Below are positions 31,445-32,000 of a DNA stretch of 32,000 bases, in pieces (position 1 is the first letter of the stretch; each line of letters begins with the position of its first letter). The notes below the pieces were generated by a model. The model saw only the letters and a program-made list of their open reading frames with translations. It searched no databases and was not told the DNA's origin. This DNA is from Candidatus Iainarchaeum sp. GTDB taxonomy: Archaea > Iainarchaeota > Iainarchaeia > Iainarchaeales > CSSED10-239. Location: assembly GCA_037441475.1 (NCBI GenBank), contig JBBISB010000001.1, forward strand, positions 306,418 to 338,417, given 5' to 3'. The position numbers and the translations under genes are program-made.

Positions 31445-32000
31445 ATGCAAAAAGAAATATACAGACTAATGCTTATTTATGGATTTAAACCAAATCACAA
31501 GTATGATCAAAACTTTATTATTGATAAAAACATAATAAATAAAGTGATTGAAACCATAAAACCAGATAAAAAAGAAACTGTTTTAGAGATAGGTCCTGGT
31601 TTAGGGTTTGTTACAAAAGAACTTGTTAATAACTTTAAAAAAGTAATTGTAATTGAAAAAGATCCAATAATGGTTGATATCTTAAGAAAAGAAATTACTA
31701 AAAATAATCTTGAAATTATTAATGATGATTTTTTAAATGTAGATTTAAGTAAACTTAAGTTTGATAAGATTGTAGGGTTTATCCCTTACTCAATATCCTT
31801 AAAGATTATAGAAAAAATAATTGCAACAAAACCAGCATGCTTAGTTGTTCAAAAAGAATTTGCAGAAAAACTCGCAGCTTTTGAAGGTTTTGCAAATTTT
31901 GTATCAATTACTGTTCTTGCACAAACCTATTCTGATATTAAGCTTATTAAAAATATTAAAAAAGGCTCTTTCTTTCCAAAACCAAAAGTTGAATCAGCTA
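31445..32000 (+). CDS. ksgA: 16S rRNA (adenine-N6,N6)-dimethyltransferase KsgA/Dim1, N-terminal part; runs off the window end
   Basis: Not in the ORF track because it is truncated. MQKEIYRLMLIYGFKPNHKYDQNFIIDKNII...VLEIGPGLGFVTKEL...IPYSIS...VVQKEF. SAM-binding and KsgA motifs. Confidence 0.85.
   Translation, partial: MQKEIYRLMLIYGFKPNHKYDQNFIIDKNIINKVIETIKPDKKETVLEIGPGLGFVTKELVNNFKKVIVIEKDPIMVDILRKEITKNNLEIINDDFLNVDLSKLKFDKIVGFIPYSISLKIIEKIIATKPACLVVQKEFAEKLAAFEGFANFVSITVLAQTYSDIKLIKNIKKGSFFPKPKVESA

Noticed and set aside
1-32000. Search for CRISPR arrays, transposases or integrases, toxin-antitoxin pairs, restriction-modification or other known defence modules, and tRNA genes
   Set aside because: I saw no regularly spaced repeats, no recombinase, nuclease-methylase or defence-type motifs, and no tRNA-like GC-rich cloverleaf segment. 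The only structured-RNA-like GC island is the 5S rRNA.

Overview
Strongly AT-rich, densely coding archaeal chromosome fragment, mostly on the minus strand. Archaeal identity rests on r-proteins S8e, L21e and P0/P1, plus TBP, RpoF, aSUI1, AglB, Cgi121 and an archaeal-type 5S rRNA. GGAGGTG-type Shine-Dalgarno sequences and TTTATA(A/G)A boxes are visible. The AT-richness and short proteins fit a small-genome archaeon such as a DPANN lineage, but that is inference without a database search.

Layout:
- 1-5221: r-protein cluster L3-L4-L23-L2-S19-L22-S3-L29-SUI1-Rpp29.
- 5462-8997: a 1034-aa sequon-rich surface protein and an extremely tyrosine-rich secreted protein.
- 9180-10247: three small charged coiled-coil ORFs.
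- 10251-11788: a short archaeosortase-family protein co-directional with S8e, then Cgi121.
- 11793-14574: a Hef helicase/nuclease locus that is split, interrupted by a DUF5680-like gene, and frameshifted in the nuclease.
- 15037-16798: L1-P0-P1.
- 18192-20104: enolase and a degenerate HAD-like protein.
- 20400-23842: a six-gene cluster of NYN, PATAN-like, Roadblock-like, MinD, Sm and a membrane protein.
- 24008-25075: an Nre-like repair protein.
- 25072-28907: an AglB-AglH-UbiA glycosylation operon.
- 29213-29990: an orphan 5S rRNA behind TBP.
- 30241-32000: L21e-RpoF-DUF655-KsgA.

I saw no CRISPR array, transposase, integrase, tRNA or recognisable defence gene. The most interesting candidates are the MinD-centred cluster with a bacterial-type membrane-targeting helix duplicated on a neighbouring protein, the surface-protein/Tyr-rich/archaeosortase set, and the rearranged Hef locus. 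All domain calls come from reading motifs by eye and need HMM or structure confirmation.
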